From: an uncultured Candidatus Saccharibacteria bacterium
GTDB taxonomy: Bacteria > Patescibacteriota > Saccharimonadia > Saccharimonadales > JACDBH01
NCBI GenBank assembly: GCA_964529785.1
Contig: CAZHAQ010000001.1
Coordinates: 37,502 to 101,501 of the forward strand
Length of the DNA stretch: 64,000 bases
Reading direction: 5' to 3'
Numbering within the stretch: position 1 is the first letter of the stretch; each line of letters begins with the position of its first letter. A program made the translations under genes and the position numbers. Below, piece after piece: positions 31,446 to 41,060 of this stretch. Under the pieces are notes generated by a model. The model was not told the origin of the DNA and searched no databases. It saw nothing but the letters and a program-made list of their open reading frames with translations.

Positions 31446-32489
31446 ATGAAAAGATTTCTTAGGCTGTTTGCTGTTACGGCAGTTCTAGCAGGCTTTGTGG
31501 TAGCTCAACTTGGTCAAGTCAGCGGGCAGTCAAACGCACTGGCCATACAGCCGCGCAAAGATTACTCACTGCGACCAGGGGAATCGGTAGATGATACCCT
31601 TACAGTTACAAACCGAAATAATGAAGAGACACTGAATCTGCAGCTTAAGATAGTTGACTTTCAGGCACAGGATGAAACCGGTACTCCGCAGCTGATGCGT
31701 GATAGCACTGAACGTACTGCTTGGTCATTAAAGAACTTTATAGATATGCCGCAGCAGGTAACTGTAAATCCTGGGGAAACTATCCGGGTACCGATTACTA
31801 TTTCTATACCCAATGATGTTGGAGCAGGAAGCTACTATAGTGCAATAGAATATGCGGCCACTGGACCTACTGCAGAAGATAGAGTAAACATATCGGCATC
31901 AGGTGTTAGCTTGGTATTTGTGAAAGTCCCAGGTCAAGCTAAGCAGCAGCTTACATTTATGCAGTTTGGCGCTTTCGTACCGGATGCTACTGGAAGCGGC
32001 GGATCGTTTAAGGGGCTGTATTTTGGCGAACGACCAAGGGTGCTAGCTTATAGGCTAAAAAATGATGGAAATATAGCCGAGCAGCCGAACGCAAGCATTA
32101 TAGTTAAGAATTTCTCGGGTAAAACTATATATACGGTTGCCGATGCGAATCCGAAGGACCAATTAGCTTTAAGAGGTCAGACTAGGCGGTTTGATGCATG
32201 TATTAATCCAGAAGATATTACCCAGACAACTGAATCGGGCGCTGACATTAATGCTGTAGTTTGTGGCGATACAAACCTTAGCCCTGGTCGCTACACTGCT
32301 GAATTAAGTGTATTGTACGGTGAGAATGGCAGTGAGACTCGTGAGATAAATGCTAGGACTACCTTCTGGTACTTGCCATGGTGGTTCGTGGGTCTGATAG
32401 TTGTTGGACTTGGAATCTTGGCTGGTATAGTAGTGTATATTGTCCGAAGAGTAAAAGATGTTAGAGGCCGCAAAACTCGCCGCCGTTAG
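31446..32489 (+). CDS. DUF916/DUF3324-like (WxL-interacting or chaperone-like) membrane-anchored two-Ig-domain protein
   Basis: Signal peptide; LRPGESVDDTLTVTN, V.V.PGETIRVPITI.IP, GSYY, LKNDGN, PGRYTAEL; FWYLPWW followed by a TM and basic tail. Confidence 0.75.
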   Translation: MKRFLRLFAVTAVLAGFVVAQLGQVSGQSNALAIQPRKDYSLRPGESVDDTLTVTNRNNEETLNLQLKIVDFQAQDETGTPQLMRDSTERTAWSLKNFIDMPQQVTVNPGETIRVPITISIPNDVGAGSYYSAIEYAATGPTAEDRVNISASGVSLVFVKVPGQAKQQLTFMQFGAFVPDATGSGGSFKGLYFGERPRVLAYRLKNDGNIAEQPNASIIVKNFSGKTIYTVADANPKDQLALRGQTRRFDACINPEDITQTTESGADINAVVCGDTNLSPGRYTAELSVLYGENGSETREINARTTFWYLPWWFVGLIVVGLGILAGIVVYIVRRVKDVRGRKTRRR

Positions 32490-32509
32490 TAAAATAAATA
32501 AGTAGAAAT

Positions 32510-32538
32510 AAAAGGCCTCGGACAGACCGCGGCCTTTT
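32510..32538. terminator. Probable bidirectional intrinsic terminator
   Basis: AAAAGGCC-tCGG-acaga-CCGc-GGCCTTTT inverted repeat. Confidence 0.7.
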
Positions 32539-32591
32539 AACTTTTGCTGGCAAAGCATAAGAACTCAAGGTAGAATAGTAACTAAGTTAAT

Positions 32592-33503
32592 ATGAAGAAA
32601 ATTAAACTAGTATTATTAAGCTTAAGCACAGCAATGCTAGCGACTTTGGTGATTGCGCCTAATAGCTTAGCTCAGCCCAGCAGGCCCCAGACTAATCCTA
32701 GCGATCAGGGTATAGGTATGGAGGGGCGTATTCAGCAGCCGCCTCCTACAGAAGCGCCTACAATATCGCTGCCTGCTAATGGCCAAGTTTTTCAGGAAAT
32801 ACCGATCACCGTATCAGGCTTGTGTACCGATGGACTGCTTGTCAGAATCTTTAAGAATAATGTATTTGGCGGCGCGGTTATGTGTGAGGGTGGCAGTTAT
32901 AGCCTGCAGATAGATTTATTCCCTGGTCAAAACGAGCTTGTTGCCAGGCAGTATGATGACCTAGACCAAGCTAGTCCTGAGTCAAATAGAATAACAGTTA
33001 TTTATGACATTGATGTGCCGGTAGTTCCTGGATCTCCCGGTCAAGTAGGTCAGAGGGTTACGTTGACGACAAATTTCGCTAGACGAGGTGTCGACCCTAA
33101 CCAGGAGTTAGTTTGGCCAATAGCAATTAGCGGTGGTAGGGGTCCGTATGCGCTTAGTATTGATTGGGGTGATGGCAAAAATGAACTGATGACTCAATCT
33201 GCGGCCGGCAATTTTGACATAAAGCACATTTACGATAGGCCTGGTGTTTATAAAGTCATTATAAAAGCGACCGACTCAGATGGTGCATCAGCGTTCTTGC
33301 AAGTAGTAGCAATTGTTAACGGTGCCATAAATCCAGCGGCCAATATCAATGATCAGCCAACAGTTACTAGGACTAAAATAATGTGGCAGCCGGCATTAAT
33401 AACTTTTCCTTTACTGCTATCCTCATTCTGGCTAGGTAAGAGATATCAGTTGAGGCGGGTGCGATATCGTATGAAGCATCGCATTGTTCCGATAGATAAG
33501 TAA
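32592..33503 (+). CDS. Secreted Ig-like and PKD-domain protein with C-terminal membrane anchor
   Basis: Signal peptide; Ig-like domain; PKD motif SIDWGDG..KHIY..PGVYKV..KATDSDG; C-terminal hydrophobic segment and basic tail. Confidence 0.8.
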   Translation: MKKIKLVLLSLSTAMLATLVIAPNSLAQPSRPQTNPSDQGIGMEGRIQQPPPTEAPTISLPANGQVFQEIPITVSGLCTDGLLVRIFKNNVFGGAVMCEGGSYSLQIDLFPGQNELVARQYDDLDQASPESNRITVIYDIDVPVVPGSPGQVGQRVTLTTNFARRGVDPNQELVWPIAISGGRGPYALSIDWGDGKNELMTQSAAGNFDIKHIYDRPGVYKVIIKATDSDGASAFLQVVAIVNGAINPAANINDQPTVTRTKIMWQPALITFPLLLSSFWLGKRYQLRRVRYRMKHRIVPIDK

Positions 33504-33674
33504 AAGCTGCGTATACAATTTAGAGAGTTGGCATCCCGGTACTGGATGGATGTTTGTAGCTCGATCTAAAAATCTACGCAGCGCGCCGATTAGACTATAA
33601 GTGGCATTCCTCCTAGCACTCCAGAACATCTCTGAAGCTCTGCTTGATCGCTAAAAGGAATTAAACTCATTGCA

Positions 33675-34013
33675 TCATCTGCCTGCTAGGCGCTTTCCTT
33701 CCTCTTTAGTCGCGGGCCTGTTACTGAAGTAGTAGGGCAGGCAGATAGCCAGCAAAAGCAGGGCTACTATCGTACCTGCTAGAAAGCTCACTCCAGTATT
33801 AGAGTCGGAGTAATTACCAATCAAGAACTCTTCTCTATGGGAATTTGCAATGAGCGCATAAAGCAAGTAGATGATGCTCAGGGTCGTAGCAAGGATAGAA
33901 GTAGTCAGCTTGGTGATTTTGCTGGTGTTCTCGCGAAGGAATACGCGCTCAATTATCACCTCAATAAATGTCGCTATCAAGACTGCAGTAAGAAAGTAGC
34001 AGAACCAGTCCAT
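33675..34013 (-). CDS. Hypothetical three-TM membrane protein
   Basis: Three hydrophobic segments; AGGGA SD upstream. Confidence 0.65.
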   Translation of the reverse strand: MDWFCYFLTAVLIATFIEVIIERVFLRENTSKITKLTTSILATTLSIIYLLYALIANSHREEFLIGNYSDSNTGVSFLAGTIVALLLLAICLPYYFSNRPATKEEGKRLAGR

Positions 34014-34109
34014 TTTAAGTCCCTTTCAGGGTCGTCCAATCGGAATAACCAAACTATACGAAAAGCTGCTTACATTGTCAAGTCTACTCACCTCTGTTAT
34101 AATGGTTAT

Positions 34110-35153
34110 GTGAAGACAGTTTATGTTGGTTTGAGTGGCGGAGTAGATAGCTCGGTCAGTGCAGCCTTGCTACTTGAGCAGGGTTATAAGGTGGTTGGCG
34201 TTTACATGAAAAACTGGACTAAAGACTTACCTGGTTTTGAGTGTCCCTGGAAAGAAGATTTTCAAGATGCTAAGCGGGTCGCCGTGCAGCTAAAAATAGA
34301 TTTTAAAGTCTTTGATTTTGAGTCTGAATACAAGCAAAAAGTCGTAGACTACATGATAGAAGAGTACAAGGCTGGACGAACGCCTAATCCCGACATAATG
34401 TGCAATCAGGAAATTAAATTCAAGTTATTCCTAGAAACTGCGCTAGCGGACGGCGCCGACTTAGTGGCCACCGGTCATTATGCTAAAACCGAAAACGGGA
34501 AATTACTAAAAGCAAAAGACGACAATAAAGATCAGACCTATTTTCTGTATCGAATAAAAGAACATGCTCTACGAAAAACTATATTTCCACTTGGAAATTA
34601 TACAAAGCCGGAAGTACGCGAGCTTGCAAAGAAAAGTGGTCTTGCTACTGCCGTTAAAAAAGAAAGTATGGGCATATGTTTTGTGGGCAAAGTTGGTATA
34701 CGTGACTTTCTAAGTCAGTATGTTGAAACAGAACTGGGTGATGTTATAGATAATGAAGGCAAGATAATCGGTCGGCATGACGGAGCAATTTTCTATACTA
34801 TCGGACAGAGGCACGGACTCAACATCGGCGGCGGGCTCCCCTATTATGTGACCGGCAAAGATATGCTAAAAAACGAAGTTTACGTAACTTCGGATATTGG
34901 TGACAAAAAACTTTGGCAGGAAAGTTTAAACCTTAGCGACACCCATTGGATTAACGAGCCGGGAGAAGTCGGCCACGATTATCAGATACGAACCCGTCAC
35001 CGGGCACCTCTAATCAGCGGAAGACTTGCAGGTTCAGCTGGGCAGAATAGCGTTGAAATCAAGTTAACGGATTCTATTAGAGCAGCTACACCCGGTCAAT
35101 CTGCAGTTATTTATGATGGCGACGTAGTGGTCGGTGGCGGCTTAATAATATAA
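34110..35153 (+). CDS. mnmA: tRNA 2-thiouridylase MnmA
   Basis: GLSGGVDS, TPNPDIMCN, ATGHYA, KDQTYFL, ESMGICF, YTIGQR, PGQSAV motifs. Start reassigned to GTG 34110 after TGtTATAAT. Confidence 0.96.
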   Translation: MKTVYVGLSGGVDSSVSAALLLEQGYKVVGVYMKNWTKDLPGFECPWKEDFQDAKRVAVQLKIDFKVFDFESEYKQKVVDYMIEEYKAGRTPNPDIMCNQEIKFKLFLETALADGADLVATGHYAKTENGKLLKAKDDNKDQTYFLYRIKEHALRKTIFPLGNYTKPEVRELAKKSGLATAVKKESMGICFVGKVGIRDFLSQYVETELGDVIDNEGKIIGRHDGAIFYTIGQRHGLNIGGGLPYYVTGKDMLKNEVYVTSDIGDKKLWQESLNLSDTHWINEPGEVGHDYQIRTRHRAPLISGRLAGSAGQNSVEIKLTDSIRAATPGQSAVIYDGDVVVGGGLII

Positions 35154-35206
35154 ATTATTGGTAGTCAATATAGTGCTACCTCTGTTTTTTTGATAAACTA
35201 CCGAAT

Positions 35207-37099
35207 ATGAACGCACAACAAATTAGAAAAGCTTATCTAGAATTTTTTGAAAAACGTGAACATAAAATCATTCCCCGGTCGTTATTAGTGCCTTATAACG
35301 ATCCGACTACTTTGTTTACTGGCAGCGGCATGCAGCCATTAATTCCATACTTACTTGGGGAGCAACACCCTGATGGCACTAGGCTGGTAAATAGTCAGAC
35401 ATGTTTACGGGCTCAAGATATAGAAGAAGTCGGCGATAATCGCCATACAACTTTTTTTGAGATGCTTGGCAACTGGTCGTTAGGCGATTATTTTAAAGCT
35501 GAGCAAATTCCATGGTTCTTTGAATTTTTAACTGACGTTATTGGGCTGGACCCAAAGCGTATATTTGTAACTTGCTGTAGCGGATTCCCTGAATATGGAG
35601 TTCCAAGAGACACAGAGTCGGCTGAAACTTGGACTAAATTATTTGAATCAAAAGGCATTGATGCAAAGCAGGTAGAAATTGGTAGCGAAGATAACGGCTA
35701 TAAAGTAGGCGATCAAGGCGGACGTATTTTTTTCTATGATGAGAAAAACTGGTGGAGCCGCAATGGTGCGCCAAAAGACGTTAAGGTTGGAGAGCCTTGC
35801 GGACCTGATACAGAGATGTTCTATCTTTTTCCAGAAGTCCAGCATGATACTAAGTGGGGTGAAAAATGCCATGTTAACTGTGACTGCGGCCGTTATATAG
35901 AACTTGGTAACAGTGTGTTTATGGAATATTTACGCACTGATAATGGTTTTGAGAAGCTGCCTAAGAAGAACGTAGATTACGGCGGAGGCTTAGAACGAAT
36001 TGCCGCTGCAGCAATAGATAGTCCAGATGTATTTAAAATCAGCATTATGTGGCCAATTGTAGAAAAGCTCCAGGAAATCTCTGGCAAGAATTACGAAAGC
36101 CATACTAATGCTATGCGTGTAATCGCTGATCATCTAAGGGGTGCTACCTTTTTGGCTATAGATGGCGTAAAGCCTAGTAATAAAGAGCAGGGTTATGTGA
36201 TGCGTCGCTTGATGCGCCGAGCCATAAGGTTTGCTTTTGAACTAGGGGTTGAGCAGAATTTTCTTCAAGATGTGGTGCCGATAATCATAGATATGTATAG
36301 CCAGGACTTTCCAGAAGTAGCCGATAAGAGACAGGAAGTATTAGATATACTTGTTCGCGAAGAAAAGGCTTTTAGAGCTACATTGAGAAAGGGTATTCGC
36401 GAATTTAGTAAGCTTACGAGCGATGGCTTGACCGGCAAAGAAATTTTTACCCTATATGATACGTATGGCTTTCCGCTAGAACTTAGCGTAGAAGAAGCAT
36501 ACAAACAAGAAATATCAGTTTCAGATAATTGGCGAGAAGAATTTGAGCAGCTTATGAAACAGCAGCGCGAGCGTTCCCAAACTGCAGCAAAAGGCACATT
36601 CAAGGGAGGTCTAGGCGGTCACACCCTTCAGCATAAGAAATACCATACGGCGACACACTTAATGTACCAGGCTCTTCGGGATGTACTCGGCGATCATGTT
36701 ATTCAGCGAGGGAGCAATATTACAGAAGAACGGCTACGTTTTGATTTTTCTCATCCTCAAAAAGTGACCAGCGAAGAGTTAAAGCAAGTTGAAGAAATAG
36801 TAAATCGAGAAATAGCCAAAGACCTAAAAGTTAGCTGGAAAGAGTATCCGACTGAAGAAGCTACCGGTCCCTTAGGAGCTCTTGGTCAATTTGGCGATCG
36901 TTATGGCGATACAGTTAAAGTTTACAGCATGAAAGACACTAATTCTCCTGATGATGAGCGGCCGTTCAGCTTTGAAATTTGCGGTGGTCCCCACGTTGAT
37001 CACACGTTGCAGCTGCATGAAGACAACAAGCGGTTTAAGATAATTAAAGAAGAGGCTTCCAGCGCGGGAATTAGGCGCATTAAAGCTGTTTTGAAGTAG
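35207..37099 (+). CDS. alaS: Alanyl-tRNA synthetase (streamlined, no C-Ala domain)
   Basis: RHTTFFEMLGNWS.GDYFK, GLERI, ADHLR, LYDTYGFP; editing motifs HTATH and CGGPHV; ends at GIRRIKA. Confidence 0.97.
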   Translation: MNAQQIRKAYLEFFEKREHKIIPRSLLVPYNDPTTLFTGSGMQPLIPYLLGEQHPDGTRLVNSQTCLRAQDIEEVGDNRHTTFFEMLGNWSLGDYFKAEQIPWFFEFLTDVIGLDPKRIFVTCCSGFPEYGVPRDTESAETWTKLFESKGIDAKQVEIGSEDNGYKVGDQGGRIFFYDEKNWWSRNGAPKDVKVGEPCGPDTEMFYLFPEVQHDTKWGEKCHVNCDCGRYIELGNSVFMEYLRTDNGFEKLPKKNVDYGGGLERIAAAAIDSPDVFKISIMWPIVEKLQEISGKNYESHTNAMRVIADHLRGATFLAIDGVKPSNKEQGYVMRRLMRRAIRFAFELGVEQNFLQDVVPIIIDMYSQDFPEVADKRQEVLDILVREEKAFRATLRKGIREFSKLTSDGLTGKEIFTLYDTYGFPLELSVEEAYKQEISVSDNWREEFEQLMKQQRERSQTAAKGTFKGGLGGHTLQHKKYHTATHLMYQALRDVLGDHVIQRGSNITEERLRFDFSHPQKVTSEELKQVEEIVNREIAKDLKVSWKEYPTEEATGPLGALGQFGDRYGDTVKVYSMKDTNSPDDERPFSFEICGGPHVDHTLQLHEDNKRFKIIKEEASSAGIRRIKAVLK

Positions 37100-37257
37100 T
37101 TCTACGTACATAGATTGACAAAATATCAATAATTAATTATAATATCTAAGTTTTTATTATAATTTTATTGACATTGTTTTCATAGAAGACGATACTTAAA
37201 TACATAAGCATTAATTATTAACTTAAAAATATAATTTCAAACAAAAGGTTTTATTAA

Positions 37258-37521
37258 ATGTTATCTTTCAATGTACATGAAGGAACCCGCAAATTCGATA
37301 TTACTCCTGTAGAAGGAGTTAGGGTGCCTGGCGAACAGATGGTCGGCGTAGCCATAGCTGTTGGTGATTTAGCTAGTAACTCAACATTTGTCAGCGTCTC
37401 GGGCAGGCCTTCAGTGACAGGTACGCTTGGTCCTGAGGTTACTCCTCATATGGCTCTTGAACAGCTCGGATCTTTATACGGCCCTATGGTGCTGAAGGTT
37501 CTACCTGAAGGTTCAGAATAA
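37258..37521 (+). CDS. Hypothetical protein
   Basis: 87-aa ORF preceded by an AT-rich region with TTGACA boxes. Confidence 0.55.
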   Translation: MLSFNVHEGTRKFDITPVEGVRVPGEQMVGVAIAVGDLASNSTFVSVSGRPSVTGTLGPEVTPHMALEQLGSLYGPMVLKVLPEGSE

Positions 37522-37581
37522 AGATAACTTTCTAAAAATTAGACTCCTAAAACTAAATACAAATCTGCTACAATACTGTAT

Positions 37582-38871
37582 ATGCTTAAGAAGTTTAAGC
37601 GCCCAAGTTTTGGGCGTTCTAATAACTCAGAAGAAGTTACGCCTGACTACATAGTTGGACTGGATATTGGTACGGAAAATGTCAAGGCTCTTGTCGGCAA
37701 GGTCAAAGATGATGAGATCGAGATAATAGGAGTTGGCCGAGCGCATCAGAATTTAGCTGATATGCAATCAGGAGCAATTTCGGATATTGCTAGCGTAGTA
37801 GCTAACTGTGACGAGGCGTTAACCAAAGCTGAGAAGATGGCTGGCGTAAGTGCACGTGGGGCTGTAATAGGTATCGCCGGCGAATTAGTTAAGGGTACGA
37901 CAACAACCGTTAAATTTACCCGCAGAGAACCTAGTAAGCCGCTGGACATGCCAGAGATAGAGAAAATAATTGGACTTGTTCAAGCAAAGGCCTTGGAAAA
38001 AGCTAAATCGCAGCTAGCCTGGGAGCTTGGGGGTAAAGATGTTGAAATCAGGCTGGTTAATAGTGCTTTAGTTAGCATGACTATAGACGGCCATGTTATT
38101 AGTAACCCGCTTGGTTTTCAGGGTAGAGAAGTATTAATCCAGCTATATACGGCTTTTGCGCCACTTGTGCATATTGGTGCGCTGGAGAGAACGGCTAACG
38201 AACTAGACTTAGAACTTTTAGCGGTAGCAGCTGAACCTTTTGCAGTGGCTAGAAGTGTTATTGGTAATGATCCTAATGCAAATATGAGCGCAATATTGAT
38301 GGATATTGGCGGTGGTACGACTGATATTGCTGTACTTAATGACGGCGGTGTAGAGGGTACTAAAATGTTTGGCATTGGCGGTCGTGCTTACACTAGATCA
38401 ATAGAACGGGATTTGTCTACGGATTTTGAACAGGCAGAAATTCTAAAATTAGAAATAGGAACAAATAAAATTCCCACCCACAAGAAGAGTCAAATTAAAG
38501 ACGCCATAGATAAGACTTTGGAAGTTTGGATTAGTGGCGTGGAGCTTGCTCTCGGTGAATTTACTAAGATGGACCACTTGCCTCATAGGATATTGCTCTG
38601 TGGAGGAGGTTCAAGTCTAGAAATGTTAATGGATGAACTGGCTGAGACTACTTGGTATACCTCGCTGCCGTTTACTAGAAAGCCAGTAGTGCAGCATATT
38701 TCACCTGACCAGGTAGTCGGTATTATTGACAAAACCGGCTCAGTAAACGACCATACTTATATTACGGCTATGGGTTTACTTAGGGTTGGACTAGATACTA
38801 TTAACCAGCAAAATCCTAACAGTAAAGTGGGTTCGATAAAGGAAAGAATTAACAAGCTTTTAAGCGTATAA
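37582..38871 (+). CDS. ftsA: FtsA-like actin-fold ATPase
   Basis: GLDIGT..VK, AAEPFA, MDIGGGTTDI, GIGG..T..I, LCGGGS motifs; no ftsZ adjacent. Confidence 0.8.
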   Translation: MLKKFKRPSFGRSNNSEEVTPDYIVGLDIGTENVKALVGKVKDDEIEIIGVGRAHQNLADMQSGAISDIASVVANCDEALTKAEKMAGVSARGAVIGIAGELVKGTTTTVKFTRREPSKPLDMPEIEKIIGLVQAKALEKAKSQLAWELGGKDVEIRLVNSALVSMTIDGHVISNPLGFQGREVLIQLYTAFAPLVHIGALERTANELDLELLAVAAEPFAVARSVIGNDPNANMSAILMDIGGGTTDIAVLNDGGVEGTKMFGIGGRAYTRSIERDLSTDFEQAEILKLEIGTNKIPTHKKSQIKDAIDKTLEVWISGVELALGEFTKMDHLPHRILLCGGGSSLEMLMDELAETTWYTSLPFTRKPVVQHISPDQVVGIIDKTGSVNDHTYITAMGLLRVGLDTINQQNPNSKVGSIKERINKLLSV

Positions 38872-38875
38872 AATT

Positions 38876-40642
38876 ATGGCAAAAGAAACTAAGAAAGCAC
38901 CAGCATCAAGCGGAGTAAAAGAAACTATTTACATTGATGTTGATGATGAAATAACGCACATTATAGATAAGGTAAAAGCGTCTAAGAAAAAGATAATTGC
39001 CTTAGTGCTGCCTAAGCGGGCGAATGTACTACAGAGCATTGTTAATATGAAGCTTCTGAAAAAGGCGGCTGTAAACTCTAAGAAAAGTATCGTTTTAATT
39101 ACGTCGGAAACTGGCTTGCTGCCGCTGGCTGGTGCAGCTGGTATCCATGTAGCAAAAACTCTGCAGAGTAAGCCGGTAATACCAGCGGCGCCCACGGCCG
39201 CCGCTGAAGATAATGAAGCAGAAGACATAACTGAAGATACGCTGGATAAAAATTCTTCAATAGGTTCGCTGGCGGCAGCGTCAGCAGCTAGCAGCAGTAA
39301 GTCTCAAGATCCATTTGATGACACTGAAACTATTGAATTTGATAATCTAAAAATAGACGATGAGCCGGCGGTTCCAATTAAAGGTGGCAAAAGAGGTACT
39401 GGAAAGCCTGGCGGCAAATCAGGTAAGTCCAGAAAACTTAAGGTGCCTAACTTTGATAAATTTAGAACCGGTATAGGACTAGCGGTATTAGCAGGCATAG
39501 TCTTAATTGCTGGTCTTATACTGGCATTTATAGTGCTGCCTAAAGCAACTATTGCCCTAAAGACAGACACAACATCAGTTGTTAGTTCTTTTGACTTTAC
39601 GGCAGACACAAGTATTACCGAGCTTGACGCTGAAGCTAAGAAGATTCCGGCTGTACTGCAGGAGACTAAGAAAACTGATACTGAGAAAGTTGCTGCCACT
39701 GGCCAGCGCGATGACGGTACGAGGGCAACTGGAGAAGTCCGGCTGTCTGTTCCATGTTTTGGAGTATCTAGTATCGTTACTGTTCCGGCCGGCACAACTG
39801 TAACAACAGGTGATTTACGTTTCGTGACTCAGGAGACGGCACGATTAAATAGCTCATCTGGCGGCGGTCCATCTAGCTGCGTGTTTTATGACGAAGTTGA
39901 TGTAATCTCATCTGAAAATGGAGATAAATATAACATCGGCCGCGATAAGACCTTTAGCGTTTCCGGGTTTAGTAGTGTAACCGGCAAAAATGACGATAAT
40001 TTTAGTGGCGGTACTAGCAAGATTGTTAAAATAGTCAGCCAACAAGATGTAGATAATGCAGTTGAGAAAATAAATAGTCGTGTTGGCGAGTCGGTGGGGG
40101 ATGAATTGTCATCAAGGCTAGAATCAGACAAGCTCTACGCCCTAAAAGAAACCCTTACTAAACCAGACCCGAAAATTACTATAAGCCCAGAAGTTGGCCA
40201 AGAAGCCAGTGAAGTTACAGTTACTTCCGAATCAACCTATTCTATGCTTGGAGTCCACAAGGACGATCTCAAAAAAGCCATTGAAGACGATATTAAAGAA
40301 GAAGTTGATCTTGAGAAGCAGTCAGTAATTGACGACGGTATAGACGCCTCAATTATGAGAATTAATAACAATACAAATCCTGGCCAGGCTTTCATAAGCT
40401 TTAGGACTTCGGTAACTGTAGGACCCGAAATTGACGAAGCTGCCATAAAAGAAGCGGTTAGGGGCAAAAAGCGCGGAGAAGTAGAGAGCTACGCCAACGG
40501 CATCACCGGCGTTAAAGGCGTGGAAGTAAACTACAGTCCATTCTGGGTATACTCAACGCCTAAAGCTGCCAAGAAAATCAATATAGTGATTGAAAAGTTA
40601 AACGAACAGAGCACTGAAAGCGGCAATGACGGCGACCGATAG
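38876..40642 (+). CDS. Single-TM protein with cytoplasmic N-domain and extracellular baseplate-J-like domain
   Basis: N-terminal IYIDVDDEIT domain, low-complexity linker, TM, then ATG..ATGEV, VPAGT..F.T, GDKYNI, FSGGT..IVSQQD pattern. Confidence 0.7.
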   Translation: MAKETKKAPASSGVKETIYIDVDDEITHIIDKVKASKKKIIALVLPKRANVLQSIVNMKLLKKAAVNSKKSIVLITSETGLLPLAGAAGIHVAKTLQSKPVIPAAPTAAAEDNEAEDITEDTLDKNSSIGSLAAASAASSSKSQDPFDDTETIEFDNLKIDDEPAVPIKGGKRGTGKPGGKSGKSRKLKVPNFDKFRTGIGLAVLAGIVLIAGLILAFIVLPKATIALKTDTTSVVSSFDFTADTSITELDAEAKKIPAVLQETKKTDTEKVAATGQRDDGTRATGEVRLSVPCFGVSSIVTVPAGTTVTTGDLRFVTQETARLNSSSGGGPSSCVFYDEVDVISSENGDKYNIGRDKTFSVSGFSSVTGKNDDNFSGGTSKIVKIVSQQDVDNAVEKINSRVGESVGDELSSRLESDKLYALKETLTKPDPKITISPEVGQEASEVTVTSESTYSMLGVHKDDLKKAIEDDIKEEVDLEKQSVIDDGIDASIMRINNNTNPGQAFISFRTSVTVGPEIDEAAIKEAVRGKKRGEVESYANGITGVKGVEVNYSPFWVYSTPKAAKKINIVIEKLNEQSTESGNDGDR

Positions 40643-41060
40643 CGGATATATTGCTGCTTTGGATGTAGGAGAACGGCGCATTGGTGTAGCTATAGCTTCA
40701 ACGATTGCAAGGCTGCCATCACCTTATACAACTATAGATCGTCTCAAGACTAAGGATGTTTATGGCTGGATTAAGGATTTTGTTAAAAAAGAAGAAATTA
40801 TTACAATTGTAATTGGCCTGCCTAGAGATATGACAGGCCGGGAAACAGCTCAAACAGTAAATGTTCGCAAGTTTTCTGAAAAGCTTAGTGAGGTCTTAGA
40901 AACACCTCAGGTGTATCAAGATGAAGCCGTAACGTCAGTTATGGCCGAAGAGCGACTTAAATCCAGAAATAAATCATACGACAAAGCGGACATTGATGCA
41001 GAGGCTGCGGCAATAATATTGCAGGATTATCTAACTGAAAGTCAGCAAAATATAGCATGA
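40626..41060 (+). CDS. ruvX: RuvX/YqgF family nuclease
   Basis: ALDVGERRIGVA, VIGLP, DEAVTS, IDAEAAAIILQ motifs. Confidence 0.95.
   Translation: MTATDSGYIAALDVGERRIGVAIASTIARLPSPYTTIDRLKTKDVYGWIKDFVKKEEIITIVIGLPRDMTGRETAQTVNVRKFSEKLSEVLETPQVYQDEAVTSVMAEERLKSRNKSYDKADIDAEAAAIILQDYLTESQQNIA

Noticed and set aside
33837-34109. 91-aa N-terminal extension of MnmA in the ORF track
   Set aside because: It overlaps a plausible minus-strand membrane gene; MnmA homology starts at VKTVYVGLSGG, right after an extended -10 box.
38876-40642. Prophage or contractile injection system suggested by the baseplate-J-like domain
   Set aside because: The protein is membrane-anchored and embedded among housekeeping genes, with no sheath, tube, spike or capsid genes.
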